In this document: piece after piece, positions 39,911 through 49,714 of the stretch
Numbering within the stretch: the first letter of the stretch is position 1
How the letters are laid out: each line of letters opens with the position of its first letter
Source of the DNA: Candidatus Thorarchaeota archaeon SMTZ1-45
GTDB lineage: Archaea; Asgardarchaeota; Thorarchaeia; Thorarchaeales; Thorarchaeaceae
NCBI GenBank assembly: GCA_001563335.1
Contig: LRSL01000029.1
Span: forward strand, 1 to 56,557
Direction: 5' to 3'
DNA: 56,557 nucleotides
Notes under the pieces: model-generated
What the model saw: the letters and a program-made list of their open reading frames with translations, nothing else
Told to the model about the DNA's origin: nothing
Database searches by the model: none
Translations under genes and position numbers: made by a program

Positions 39911-40879
39911 CTAACTGAGACTCATTGAATCGATTCCAAGTTTCTTAACAATTTCCTTGTATCGATTCCTAACAGTCACCTCAGTGACTCTGGCAACCTC
40001 AGCGATTTCACGTTGTGTCCTGCGTTCATCAAGCATAATAGATGCAACATAGATAGCTGCTGCCGCTAGACCTAATGGATCTCGACCAATGGTGAGACCG
40101 ATATCTCTACTTCTCTGTAGAATCTCCACAGTTCTCAATTGCACTGGACTTGACAGAGAGAGCTGAGAGGCAAAACGGGATATATAATCGATTGGATTGC
40201 TGAGAGGTATCTTGATAGCAAGACTTCGTAAGAGTAATCGATAGCATTGACCTAGTTTCTTCTTATCAACCCTTGAAGCATCAGCAACCTCATCCAAAGG
40301 ACGAGGTTTCTTTCTAATTCTGCATGCAGCATAAAGCGTTGCAGCAACCATGGCTTCAATGGAACGTCCTCTCACAAGTTTTTGAAGGATTGATTTTCGA
40401 TACAATAGCGCTGCTAATTCACGGATTGGGCTTGGAATCCCTAGCTGGGAGGATAGACGTTCGAGTTCTGACATTGCTTGCGCCAAGTTCCTATCCATGG
40501 AACTGTGAACACGCGATCGTATCTGCCATTTTCTCAGTCGATAGATTTCTGATCTTCGTGTTGGACTGAGCTTCTTTCCTGAGGTGTCTCGATCTCTCCA
40601 ATCAATCACGGTCGACAAACCCTTGTCGTGGACTGTATATCTTATTGGTGCACCTACACGGCTACGCGCATCACTCTCTTCTGAGCTGAACGCTCGCCAT
40701 TCCGCACCAGTGTCAATCCTATGATCAGATAGAACAAGCCCACATCCACCACAGACACGCTCACCTCGAGTCATGTCCTCAACAACAGATATGGAACCAC
40801 ACTCAGAACAAGCAATTGGCTCAACGGCCGCATCAGAAACGGCACCCTTTCTATCAGAAGCACCACGCGTACGGTCCAA
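39911..40879 (-). CDS. tfb: Transcription initiation factor IIB (TFB), paralog 2
   Basis: CSEC..CGGC, EWRAF, HDKGLST, GRSIE, GRDP, VTEVTVRNRYKE. Confidence 0.96.
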   Translation of the reverse strand: MDRTRGASDRKGAVSDAAVEPIACSECGSISVVEDMTRGERVCGGCGLVLSDHRIDTGAEWRAFSSEESDARSRVGAPIRYTVHDKGLSTVIDWRDRDTSGKKLSPTRRSEIYRLRKWQIRSRVHSSMDRNLAQAMSELERLSSQLGIPSPIRELAALLYRKSILQKLVRGRSIEAMVAATLYAACRIRKKPRPLDEVADASRVDKKKLGQCYRLLLRSLAIKIPLSNPIDYISRFASQLSLSSPVQLRTVEILQRSRDIGLTIGRDPLGLAAAAIYVASIMLDERRTQREIAEVARVTEVTVRNRYKEIVKKLGIDSMSLS

Positions 40880-41057
40880 TCTCTCTCCTCCGTGTTAGTT
40901 GGAACCGGAAAAACCGCCAGAATACACTGCTTGGTCATTGCTTTGAAGACAGTCTCCCGGAACCCACAATAAACCAAATGAAAAAAGAACTTTTAATGTT
41001 TCTGAATTAATAGATTAATGTTTCAAAACTTGTTTACGCATGCATAAATGGCCTAGA

Positions 41058-41987
41058 TTAGGTAGTTCTTTCGTGTCCACGCTCAGTGATTATGACTGTA
41101 TGCTCATGCTGCGATACAAACTCTCCCTTTTCTTCAGCAAGGATGTGATGTCCAAAGAGTGCCCCGTTCTTTTCAAGCTCTTTAATGGCCATCTCAAGTG
41201 AAGCAGGTGACATCTGTTCAGCAAGCCATCGTTTAGCGAATGGAAACTCTTTGTACTCCTTCCTAGCAATCCCCAGGAACTGTTTTGTCCCTTTGAATCG
41301 TACTGGAACTCTAATTGGTAGAAGTTGGTATATTAGAGGCCGTGGTAGATCAGAGATGTTTCCAGATCCTGTACTGGCGAAAGTTTCAATGGCATAAACC
41401 TCGCCCTCCTCAACAAGCACCTCAGACTTACCAGAGATACAAGGTACTTGCTTCTCAGCGTGCAGCTCGTATTCTTTGAGCTGGTGTCCTGAGAGCTGTT
41501 TTATTGGTTCAAAACCAGCAGCTTGGATTGTGTCTTCAATCAATGCACCAATTGTGTTGAGTTTAGCACCAGGGCGCATCATCTGGACAGCAACATTCGT
41601 GGCATCAACTGCCGCTTTGACAAGTTTCTCATGGTCAGGATTGAGTGCTATTGTAAATGCTGTATCTGCAATGCACCCATCAATATGAGACCCACAATCG
41701 ACTGTTACTAAATCTCCTTCCTCAATGACAGTTTCATCATTCAGTGGGGATGTATAATGTGCGGCAATATTGTTCAACGCCACATTACATGGAAATGATG
41801 TGCCCGATGAGTTCTCTCGGATATAATTCTCAACTGTGTCAATGATATCAATGACCTTTGTGCCAGGCTTCACCATTGGACGAGCTAAGTCTAGGGCATC
41901 ACGAGCAACGATGCCAGCACGACGCCATTTGTCCCAAGGATCCTCTGGTGCTTCTTCGTCTTTGTCAACGGGTCTATCATCTGCCAT
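41058..41987 (-). CDS. map: Methionine aminopeptidase type II
   Basis: AAHYT, DCGSHIDGCIADTA, LSGH, AIETF and QHEHT motifs. Confidence 0.95.
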   Translation of the reverse strand: MADDRPVDKDEEAPEDPWDKWRRAGIVARDALDLARPMVKPGTKVIDIIDTVENYIRENSSGTSFPCNVALNNIAAHYTSPLNDETVIEEGDLVTVDCGSHIDGCIADTAFTIALNPDHEKLVKAAVDATNVAVQMMRPGAKLNTIGALIEDTIQAAGFEPIKQLSGHQLKEYELHAEKQVPCISGKSEVLVEEGEVYAIETFASTGSGNISDLPRPLIYQLLPIRVPVRFKGTKQFLGIARKEYKEFPFAKRWLAEQMSPASLEMAIKELEKNGALFGHHILAEEKGEFVSQHEHTVIITERGHERTT

Positions 41988-42047
41988 GAAATCACCAACT
42001 AAGTGGCTCGTGCTGGGTTTGATAGATAAAAGTGACGGAAAGACAAT

Positions 42048-42443
42048 CTATGAAAGAACTTTCTCGATACGTTTGGCAATACGGGTCATCATAAAGAACA
42101 TGTAACCAATGTTAGCTCGTTTGGTCGTAAGGACTGCGAGGATGGCATCAGCACCAGCATCGCAAATGATGACATACCCAGTTTCACCCTCAATGAGCAT
42201 TCTCACAAGCGGACCGCGTTTGAGTTGCTTGAAGACCTTTCGTGTGGCCTCCTGTATCTGGGTGGATCTTCCTGCTATCACATCCTCATCCGGGACCAAA
42301 TTCTCATCAGTCCCTTCAGGATAATGAGAACAGATAGTAAGCCCCTGTGATTTCGAAATGACAGCACTTGCTTCTACATTTCCTTGAGATGCTCGGCTCA
42401 AGTCTAGTAGAAGCTCATTCAACATTTCGGTCTTTGAGGACAA
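42048..42443 (-). CDS. Roadblock/LC7 (MglB/LAMTOR-like) domain protein
   Basis: ASAVIS..GLTI, LKRGPL..MLIEGETGYVII..AG.DAILAVL..ANIG pattern. Confidence 0.9.
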   Translation of the reverse strand: MSSKTEMLNELLLDLSRASQGNVEASAVISKSQGLTICSHYPEGTDENLVPDEDVIAGRSTQIQEATRKVFKQLKRGPLVRMLIEGETGYVIICDAGADAILAVLTTKRANIGYMFFMMTRIAKRIEKVLS

Positions 42444-42493
42444 GGTAAGGTAATCCTCCCATGGCGTCTTTGGTCCAATGGATTGTCAAGTAT

Positions 42494-43267
42494 TTAAACT
42501 CTCTTGGCGCCTGCTTTCTTAAGTCCCTTGATAATCTTAGCTAGCTCAGCCCCCTGATCACCTTGGACATGTTTTTCAAGGTAGGTCCCCTGTACCACAA
42601 TGGATGCTCCAGCCTCAATAGCAGCCACAACTGATTTCTCGTCATTAAAGCCCCCACCGGTAATAACTGGAATGTCTATATATTTAGAAACCGTTTCAAT
42701 CATCTCAAGCGGCACTCCACCACCTTCAGCGCCACTCCCGGCTTCAAGGTATACCAACTTCATCCCTAGAAGCTCAGCAGCTATAGCATACATAGCAGGG
42801 AGTTTGGGTTTGTCTCTTGGAAAAGGCTTTGCATCTCCTACCCATGCAGCTGTCTTGCCTGGTGCAACAATAAGGTATGCCATTGGAATTGTTTCAAGCC
42901 CCATGAGCTTAATCTTTGGAGCAGCGAGAGCTTGGGCACCTATGATGTAGTAGGGATTTGTGCTGTTAAGAAGTGTCATGAAGAACATCGCATCAGCATT
43001 TTCTGTAACTCCAGTTATATTACCTGGAAATAGAATTGTTGGAATGTCTACTGCATCACAAATCTTTTCACACGCATCATCAATCACACCGAAGATTGTG
43101 CTACCCCCAATCATGATTGCATCGCTACCTGCTTTTTCAGCTAGGTGTGCTATCTCTACTATATTCTCAATTCTTGTGGACAAAGGGTCGGGATCTAGAA
43201 GTGAGAAGTGACATGCACCATCAGTTTCGAGTTTTTCCGTAATATATTTCCAGACCTTTCCGGCCAT
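42494..43267 (-). CDS. Geranylgeranylglyceryl phosphate synthase
   Basis: LLDPD, IMIGGS, ILFPG, YLEAGSGA and TGGG motifs (group II GGGPS). Confidence 0.93.
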   Translation of the reverse strand: MAGKVWKYITEKLETDGACHFSLLDPDPLSTRIENIVEIAHLAEKAGSDAIMIGGSTIFGVIDDACEKICDAVDIPTILFPGNITGVTENADAMFFMTLLNSTNPYYIIGAQALAAPKIKLMGLETIPMAYLIVAPGKTAAWVGDAKPFPRDKPKLPAMYAIAAELLGMKLVYLEAGSGAEGGGVPLEMIETVSKYIDIPVITGGGFNDEKSVVAAIEAGASIVVQGTYLEKHVQGDQGAELAKIIKGLKKAGAKRV

Positions 43268-43525
43268 TAGCTAGCCTCCCAATTGATAGTGTTTCCCACT
43301 TGCCATGCTTTTTACGCTTTTGGTAAACTCCCAGGATGCATTCATGACTTGATAAAGGGAAAAATCTAACTAGAAAGCCTCTAATGAGTTCCAGATCAAA
43401 TCAGAATGTGAAGACTGCAATCTATCTGAAATATCGTGAAGTTATCCCAGTTTCTTATTCTCAACCTTTATTACTAGTGATGAATGAAGCTGCCAAGTTG
43501 CGTTCTGCAGAACGAGGCCTAGTAA

Positions 43526-46090
43526 ATGACCACAAGTGATTCGAAAGGAAGTAGTGCAGGACCTTCGGAAATAGAGGTTGTATCAACTGGTCCTGAGCTA
43601 CGTATCGGAGTGTTTCCTTGTAAATGTGGTAAGAATATTGGTGCTGTGGTAGACATTGATGCTGTAGCTGAATATGCAAAAACACTCCCTGGGGTTGTAC
43701 ATGTTCAGGTGAATGTGTATACTTGTGCAGATCCTGGACAGAGAGAGATTCAAGAGGCAATAGCGGAGCATGGTCTCAACCGCATTGTTGTGGCGTCTTG
43801 CAGCCCAACGATGCATGAGGACACATTTAGGAAGACTGTCAAAGCTGCAGGACTCAATCCATACTTATGTATAATGGCTAATATCAGAGAGCATGTATCA
43901 TGGGTGCACCAACATAACCATGAGGCTGCAACCCAGAAAGCAAAAGACCTTGTTGCAATGGCAGTTGCCAAAGCAGCAACTCTCGAGGCACAACCCGAAT
44001 TGGATGTTCCAGTGACTCAAGCAGCTCTTGTAGTAGGAGCAGGTGTGGCTGGAATGCAGGCAGCACTTGACCTTGCCGAAGCAGGATTCAAGGTGCACTT
44101 GATTGAGAAACAGCCAACAATAGGTGGCATCATGGCGATTCTTGATAAGGTGTTTCCTCAGAATGATTGCTCTATTTGTATCCTCGGACCAAAAATGGTT
44201 GATGTTGCCAAGCATCCAAACATCAACATGATTACGATGGCGGAGGTTGAGTCAATCTCCGGATATGTTGGTAACTTTGAGGTCAGGGTGAAACAACGTC
44301 CAAGGTATGTGAATATTGATGCTTGTACATCATGTGGAGACTGTGTCGAGGTCTGTCCAGTGGATGTACCAAGCAGAACAGATCAAAGTTTGACATGGCA
44401 AAAGGCCATTCAGATTCCATTCCCTCAAGCTGTCCCCTCATCGTATTTCATAGATCCTGAAGCCTGTCTGGGAATGGACTTGATTAGATGTGGAAAGTGT
44501 ATCGACCGTTGTGAACAGGAAGCAATCGTTCCCTCAGACCGACCCAAGTATATTGATCTTGATGTTGGGGTGATTATTCTAGCCACTGGATTCAAACCAG
44601 CAGACCCAAGCAAGATTCCACGACTTGGATGGGGCCGATATCCAAACGTAATCACATCATTAGAGTTCGAGCGCCTCATTAACGCAGCTGGTCCTACTGA
44701 GGGGTCTCTTGTTAGACCCTCAGATCTTACAAAACCTACGTCAGTAGCAATCGCTCAGTGTGTTGGATCGCGAGATATAAACACGCGGTCAGGATGTTCG
44801 AACTTCTGTTGTGCTGAATCAGTGAAATGTGCCCTTCTCATCAAAGAGCACTATCCTGACACTGAAGTTTCTATCTTCTACCAAGACCTAAGGATGCATG
44901 GTAAATATTTTGAAGATCAGTATCAGAAGGCACGGGAAGAGGGTGTCAAATTCATTCGTGGTCGGGTTGGTGAGATTCAGCAGTATCCAAAGACCAAGAA
45001 CCTCCGTGTCAGCGTCGAAGATACAACTCACAATAAGCTTCTCATGGAAGACTTCGATATGGTGATTCTCTCAATGGGTGCGGAGGGAATTGCAGGTAAC
45101 TTTCCACTTCCAATCTCATGCACACATGACTCGTTCTACATCGAGTCCCATCCAAAACTAAGACCTGTCGACACCAGCTCAGCAGGTGTTTTCATCTGCG
45201 GAGGCGCTGAAAGTCCTAAGGACATTAGGGATTCTGTGATTCAGGCAAGCGCTGCTGCAGGAAGAGCGGCCATTATTCTTCAGAAGGGGAGATATCCAAT
45301 TGAAGCACTCAGTGCAAAGATATTGCAGGATCTCTGTAGCAGATGTGGCACTTGTGTTCAACGTTGTCCATATGGAGCAATCTCACAGGATGGCACAGGC
45401 AAGTTCACAGTTATGGGTGCACTTTGTCAAGCTTGTGGAACATGTGCAGGTGATTGTCCGCAAGATGCAATCTATATGCCAAACTTCACAAGTGAGCAGA
45501 TTGAATCGCAGATTGATATTGCACTTCAAGAAGACCCAGGAAACAAGATAGTTGCCTTTGCATGCGCATTTTGTTCGTATCGTGGGTCGGACCTTGCTGG
45601 AGTATCCAGAATGCAGTATCCGACAAATGCAAGGGTAATTCGTGCCATGTGTTCAGGAAGGTACTCTACCAAGTTTGCTCAGAGGGCTTTTGAGATAGGA
45701 GCGGGAGCTGTTCTATATTCAGGATGTCATCTCCCAGCAGACTGTCACTTTCAAACAGGAAACCATTGGATGGCTAAGCGAGAGCCAAGAATTAGAGGAT
45801 GGATGAAGAGGAATGGTATTGAGGATGAGAGATTCAGAGTGGAGTGGGTATCTGCTGGAGAAGGTAAGAAATGGCAGACAATCATGACTGAGCTATCAGA
45901 GGTTGTGAAGACTCCAAGAAAAGACATAGTCAAGCCAAAGAGAGCAATAGATTCCAAGTCCAAAAAATCGGTTAAAACAAAGACGGGTTCTAAGCCAAAA
46001 TCAGGATCTGAGAAGAAACAAAAACCAAAGAAGAAAGTTAGTAGCTCAAAGTCCGAAGCAGGTAAGAAAAAGCCAGCAAAGAGGAAGTGA
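43526..46090 (+). CDS. hdrA: Heterodisulfide reductase HdrA fused to an MvhD-like domain, with Lys-rich tail
   Basis: VASCSP, NIREH, GAGVAG, DCSIC, QCVGSR, CSNFCC, HPKLRPV and two ferredoxin modules; then MvhD motifs FACAFC, RAMCSGR, GCH..DCH and WVSAGEG. Confidence 0.94.
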   Translation: MTTSDSKGSSAGPSEIEVVSTGPELRIGVFPCKCGKNIGAVVDIDAVAEYAKTLPGVVHVQVNVYTCADPGQREIQEAIAEHGLNRIVVASCSPTMHEDTFRKTVKAAGLNPYLCIMANIREHVSWVHQHNHEAATQKAKDLVAMAVAKAATLEAQPELDVPVTQAALVVGAGVAGMQAALDLAEAGFKVHLIEKQPTIGGIMAILDKVFPQNDCSICILGPKMVDVAKHPNINMITMAEVESISGYVGNFEVRVKQRPRYVNIDACTSCGDCVEVCPVDVPSRTDQSLTWQKAIQIPFPQAVPSSYFIDPEACLGMDLIRCGKCIDRCEQEAIVPSDRPKYIDLDVGVIILATGFKPADPSKIPRLGWGRYPNVITSLEFERLINAAGPTEGSLVRPSDLTKPTSVAIAQCVGSRDINTRSGCSNFCCAESVKCALLIKEHYPDTEVSIFYQDLRMHGKYFEDQYQKAREEGVKFIRGRVGEIQQYPKTKNLRVSVEDTTHNKLLMEDFDMVILSMGAEGIAGNFPLPISCTHDSFYIESHPKLRPVDTSSAGVFICGGAESPKDIRDSVIQASAAAGRAAIILQKGRYPIEALSAKILQDLCSRCGTCVQRCPYGAISQDGTGKFTVMGALCQACGTCAGDCPQDAIYMPNFTSEQIESQIDIALQEDPGNKIVAFACAFCSYRGSDLAGVSRMQYPTNARVIRAMCSGRYSTKFAQRAFEIGAGAVLYSGCHLPADCHFQTGNHWMAKREPRIRGWMKRNGIEDERFRVEWVSAGEGKKWQTIMTELSEVVKTPRKDIVKPKRAIDSKSKKSVKTKTGSKPKSGSEKKQKPKKKVSSSKSEAGKKKPAKRK

Positions 46091-46095
46091 TTGGT

Positions 46096-46593
46096 ATGGG
46101 GGATAATACTCAGGACCAACTACTAAAGGATCTTAAAGAACGAGCACGACCATGCTTTCAATGTGGGATATGCACTTCCTCTTGCCCCGTCTTTAGAGTA
46201 GCACCTGAGTTGAACCCAAGATTATCAGTCGATTCGATTATCACTAGAGGGGTGGTTCCAAGAGAGGGAAATGAGTGGTTGTGTGCATATTGTCTGATGT
46301 GTGACCAGAGATGTCCCATGGGCGTGTCGCTTGCAGAGATCTTGATGGAAATAAAGAACATCTCTGCAAGAGAGGGAAAAGCACCGCCAGATGTTATCGA
46401 GGCGGCTTTATCTCTAATGCAAGATGGTTGTCTATCCCCCATCTCAAGCAGGTCTGAGAAGATACGTACAGAGTTGGGATTACCGGATTTACCTAAAGCT
46501 GAACCAGCTGATGTCTTGAAATTGTTTAAGGCTACAGGAGCGTTGGAGGTCCTTGAAACCAATAAAGCAGCACAAGAGGAGGCGTCTGAATGA
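46096..46593 (+). CDS. hdrC: Heterodisulfide reductase subunit C
   Basis: CFQCGICTSSCP and WLCAYCLMCDQRCP; lies between hdrA and hdrB. Confidence 0.9.
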   Translation: MGDNTQDQLLKDLKERARPCFQCGICTSSCPVFRVAPELNPRLSVDSIITRGVVPREGNEWLCAYCLMCDQRCPMGVSLAEILMEIKNISAREGKAPPDVIEAALSLMQDGCLSPISSRSEKIRTELGLPDLPKAEPADVLKLFKATGALEVLETNKAAQEEASE

Positions 46594-47507
46594 AATACGC
46601 ATTCTTTCCTGGCTGCACTATGGCTTATCGTCTCCAGTTCGCAGAGAAGTCAATTAGAATGGTTGTACCAAAATTTGATATTGACCTCGTTGACCTGCCA
46701 TTCACATGCTGTCCAGAACCCAATGCAGTAAGAGCTTTGTCTGATGAAACATGGTTGACCTTTGCAGCCAGAAATATTGCTCTTGCAGAAGCAGAGGGGC
46801 TCAACATCTTAACTGCATGTGCAGGATGCCATGAGTCACTCTCCATGGCAAAGCATGAGCTGGACAGAAAACCAGAGAAAAAGAACAAGGTAAATTCGAT
46901 TCTAAAAGATCTAGGTCTGGAATACAAAGGAATCTCGACAATAACCCATGTGCATCAGTTATTATTTGACGAAATAGGAATTGAAACCATTTCTTCAAAG
47001 GTGACTCGACCAGTCCCAATCAAGGTTGTGACTCACACAGGTTGTCACCTCCTTAGACCAGAGAGAGTTCTACATGTTGATAATGCAGAGGTTCCTGTGA
47101 AGCTTGATTTATTGTGTGAGGCTCTGGGAATGGAGCCATTGGATTATATGGACAAGACCATGTGTTGTGGAGCTGGCGTCCGAAAGACAAACTCAGTCAC
47201 TTCATACGCAGTTTTACGTGAGAAGATGACAAGCATGGAAATGGTAGAGCCCGATGCAGTCGTAGTCTTCTGTCCAACATGTTTCGTGACCTTTGAGTCT
47301 GGACAGAAGGTTGCGAATAGAATATTTGGCACTGACTTCAAGTTCCCAGTCTTTTATTACACAGAACTGTTGGCGATTGCAATGGATATTCCAGAAACGG
47401 ATCTATTACTTGCAGAGCATAGGGTCAAGCTTGACCTCCCGAAGAGAGATGAAACTAAGAAGGAAGCAGAAATGGATATGGGCGACTCGATTGCTTCAAG
47501 TCCATAG
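46590..47507 (+). CDS. hdrB: Heterodisulfide reductase subunit B
   Basis: FFPGC, TCCP, ARNIA, CAGC, HTGCHLLRP, CCGAG and CPTC (two CCG domains). Confidence 0.92.
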   Translation: MKYAFFPGCTMAYRLQFAEKSIRMVVPKFDIDLVDLPFTCCPEPNAVRALSDETWLTFAARNIALAEAEGLNILTACAGCHESLSMAKHELDRKPEKKNKVNSILKDLGLEYKGISTITHVHQLLFDEIGIETISSKVTRPVPIKVVTHTGCHLLRPERVLHVDNAEVPVKLDLLCEALGMEPLDYMDKTMCCGAGVRKTNSVTSYAVLREKMTSMEMVEPDAVVVFCPTCFVTFESGQKVANRIFGTDFKFPVFYYTELLAIAMDIPETDLLLAEHRVKLDLPKRDETKKEAEMDMGDSIASSP

Positions 47508-47623
47508 ACAGCTCATTCTCGAAACACTTTATTAATACCAATTAATGCGCGTGATGTCCAGCAGATGATGAGGTAGACTTACCTCAACTTGTACCGTTGG
47601 TGCAATTGGGGCGAAAAGGAATC

Positions 47624-48253
47624 ATGGAAGAAGTGACTGTAGCGATTCTGGCAGGAGGGACATCCAGAAGATTTGGATCTGAGAAAGCTTTGGCCGATTA
47701 CCAAGGTAAACCGCTCATTTCGCACATGATCAAAATAGCTCGAAAGCTAACATCTGAGATTATTGTTGTTGTGTCAGATGAAAAACAAAAGGCTAAGCTT
47801 AGTGCAATTGCAAGAGATGTTCGAGTAGTTGTTGATCCTCCTGGTGAAACTAGGTGCGCACTTACAGGTGCTCTAACAGCTTTCGAATATACTCTCACAA
47901 AACACACTTTACTCCTTCCAGTTGATACACCACTTGCCAATGTTGAGTTATTAAAAGTGATAATTAGCATGGGTCCTGGGCACGGAGCAGTTGTACCAGC
48001 ATGGCCATCAGGGTATATTGAACCACTTCATTCAGTCTATTTGGCTGAGCATGCATACTATCAGGGTCTCAAAGTCATGAACAAGGGGTTCTGCAAAATG
48101 AGTGATATGCTAGATGCCCTTCAAAATGTGCTCTTTGTATCGACTGAAACTCTAAGGCAGTTCGATCCAAATTTGGATACTTTTGAGAACTTCAATACGC
48201 TGAAGGACCTAAAGAGAGCTGAGAGAAAGCGTTCCAAGAAGCGGGGGCATTAG
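47624..48253 (+). CDS. mobA: Molybdenum cofactor guanylyltransferase
   Basis: ILAGGTSRRFGSEKA, PVDTP, EPLHSVY and NFNT motifs. Confidence 0.88.
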   Translation: MEEVTVAILAGGTSRRFGSEKALADYQGKPLISHMIKIARKLTSEIIVVVSDEKQKAKLSAIARDVRVVVDPPGETRCALTGALTAFEYTLTKHTLLLPVDTPLANVELLKVIISMGPGHGAVVPAWPSGYIEPLHSVYLAEHAYYQGLKVMNKGFCKMSDMLDALQNVLFVSTETLRQFDPNLDTFENFNTLKDLKRAERKRSKKRGH

Positions 48254-49329
48254 ACCAGTGTATATTCATGTCTGATACGACAAGTCCCCTCATGTCCGAC
48301 CATACATGGACCATATGGATTCTCAGGAGTGCATCGATTTCCAAAGAGAGTACAATCAATAGGGTCAGCCATTCCTAGAATTATTTCATGACATCTGCAA
48401 CCGGGCATAATATCCACAGATTCAAACTCAGGAAATTCAAAACGAAGCTGGGCGTCATGTTCAGCATATCCATCGCGAATGTAATAGCCAGACTTCTTTA
48501 TGATTCCAAGACCTCTCCAAGGTGCATCATCCAGACGAAAAACGTCAGATAGAACCTTTTGTGCGGCGCGGTTTCCATCCGGTTTTACAACTCGCGTATA
48601 CTCATTTTCTGATTCTGCGCGACCTTCTTCGATTTGTTTGAGAATCATGCGTATTGATTCCAGAACATCCAGAGGTTCAAAACCAGCCACAACACATGGA
48701 ACCCGATTTTTCTTTGCAAATTCTTGGAAGGCGTTTGATCCAATTATGGTTGAAACATGGCCAGGAGTGATGAAACCGTCTACCTCAAAACCTTCAATCG
48801 TGACAAGTAGCTCCATAGCGGGAGGAATCACTTTGAGTGATGTCAATATTGAGAAGTTCTCTGGAGGGTTTCCAAGAATCTCTATAGCAATAGTAGGAGC
48901 AGTTGTTTCAAAACCAACACCAACAAAGACTATTTCCTTGTCAGGATTATCACGGGCAATTGCCACAGCCTCACCAGCACCATAGACAACTCGAACATCT
49001 GCACCAGTAGCACGTTCCTTTGCTAATGATGAATCGGTTGAGGGGACATGTATCATATCGCCGAAGGTTGTAATTATGTGTCCTTGACGAGCAAGTTCGA
49101 TTGCCCTATCAACATCTTCAGCAGCGCAAACACAAACTGGACAACCTGGTCCAGCTACAAGCCGAAGGGAAGATGGAAGGAGAGAACGAATACCATGCGA
49201 ACTTATTGTGTCCTCGTGGGTCCCACATACGTGCACAATCCTAGTTTCACGTTCTTTATTCAGAGATACAATCTCTCTTGTAATAGCTTGGGCATATCTA
49301 GCATTACGGAATCCTGTGCTCTCGCTCAT
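48250..49329 (-). CDS. hypD: [NiFe]-hydrogenase maturation protein HypD
   Basis: VCGTHE, GPGCPVC, GFETT, PGHVS and GPCMV..EGTC motifs. Confidence 0.96.
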   Translation of the reverse strand: MSESTGFRNARYAQAITREIVSLNKERETRIVHVCGTHEDTISSHGIRSLLPSSLRLVAGPGCPVCVCAAEDVDRAIELARQGHIITTFGDMIHVPSTDSSLAKERATGADVRVVYGAGEAVAIARDNPDKEIVFVGVGFETTAPTIAIEILGNPPENFSILTSLKVIPPAMELLVTIEGFEVDGFITPGHVSTIIGSNAFQEFAKKNRVPCVVAGFEPLDVLESIRMILKQIEEGRAESENEYTRVVKPDGNRAAQKVLSDVFRLDDAPWRGLGIIKKSGYYIRDGYAEHDAQLRFEFPEFESVDIMPGCRCHEIILGMADPIDCTLFGNRCTPENPYGPCMVGHEGTCRIRHEYTLV

Positions 49330-49396
49330 TGGAGGTCAATCCAGTCTCACTCAGCTTAGATTCGCATAAAAGTGCAGATGTGTGTACGTCAGAGAA

Positions 49397-49714
49397 TTAC
49401 TCAGTTTCATGTCCATCAAGGATAGCTAGAGCTTCTCCCAATGTGATGGACAGCTTGCTTGCTAATTCTCTAGCAGTAATATTCGGATTCTCTGGTAGAA
49501 TGTAGTTCTGGGCATATCCTGCGTTGCCTGCAAAGAGTGGATTACTCTTGGCAGTTTCGATGAGAAGCGAGTATAGTGGATGGCCCTTGAAATCTGCAAC
49601 ATTGATATCAATGATACGACCTGATTCCTTCTTGGATGATTTGATCTTTCGTGGTTTCTTTTTGGAATCAGTTATTGTTTCCTTGTTTAGTCTTGTCAGT
49701 CGCTCTTGCTTCAA
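49397..49714 (-). CDS. Hypothetical protein (basic N-terminus, HTH-like C-terminus)
   Basis: NPNITARELASKLSITLGEA resembles an HTH; the start codon is uncertain. Confidence 0.55.
   Translation of the reverse strand: MKQERLTRLNKETITDSKKKPRKIKSSKKESGRIIDINVADFKGHPLYSLLIETAKSNPLFAGNAGYAQNYILPENPNITARELASKLSITLGEALAILDGHETE

Noticed and set aside
47562-47617. Hammerhead ribozyme or C/D-box sRNA upstream of mobA
   Set aside because: The core is CAGAUGA rather than CUGAUGA, GAAA is misplaced, and no CUGA D box lies at a suitable distance.
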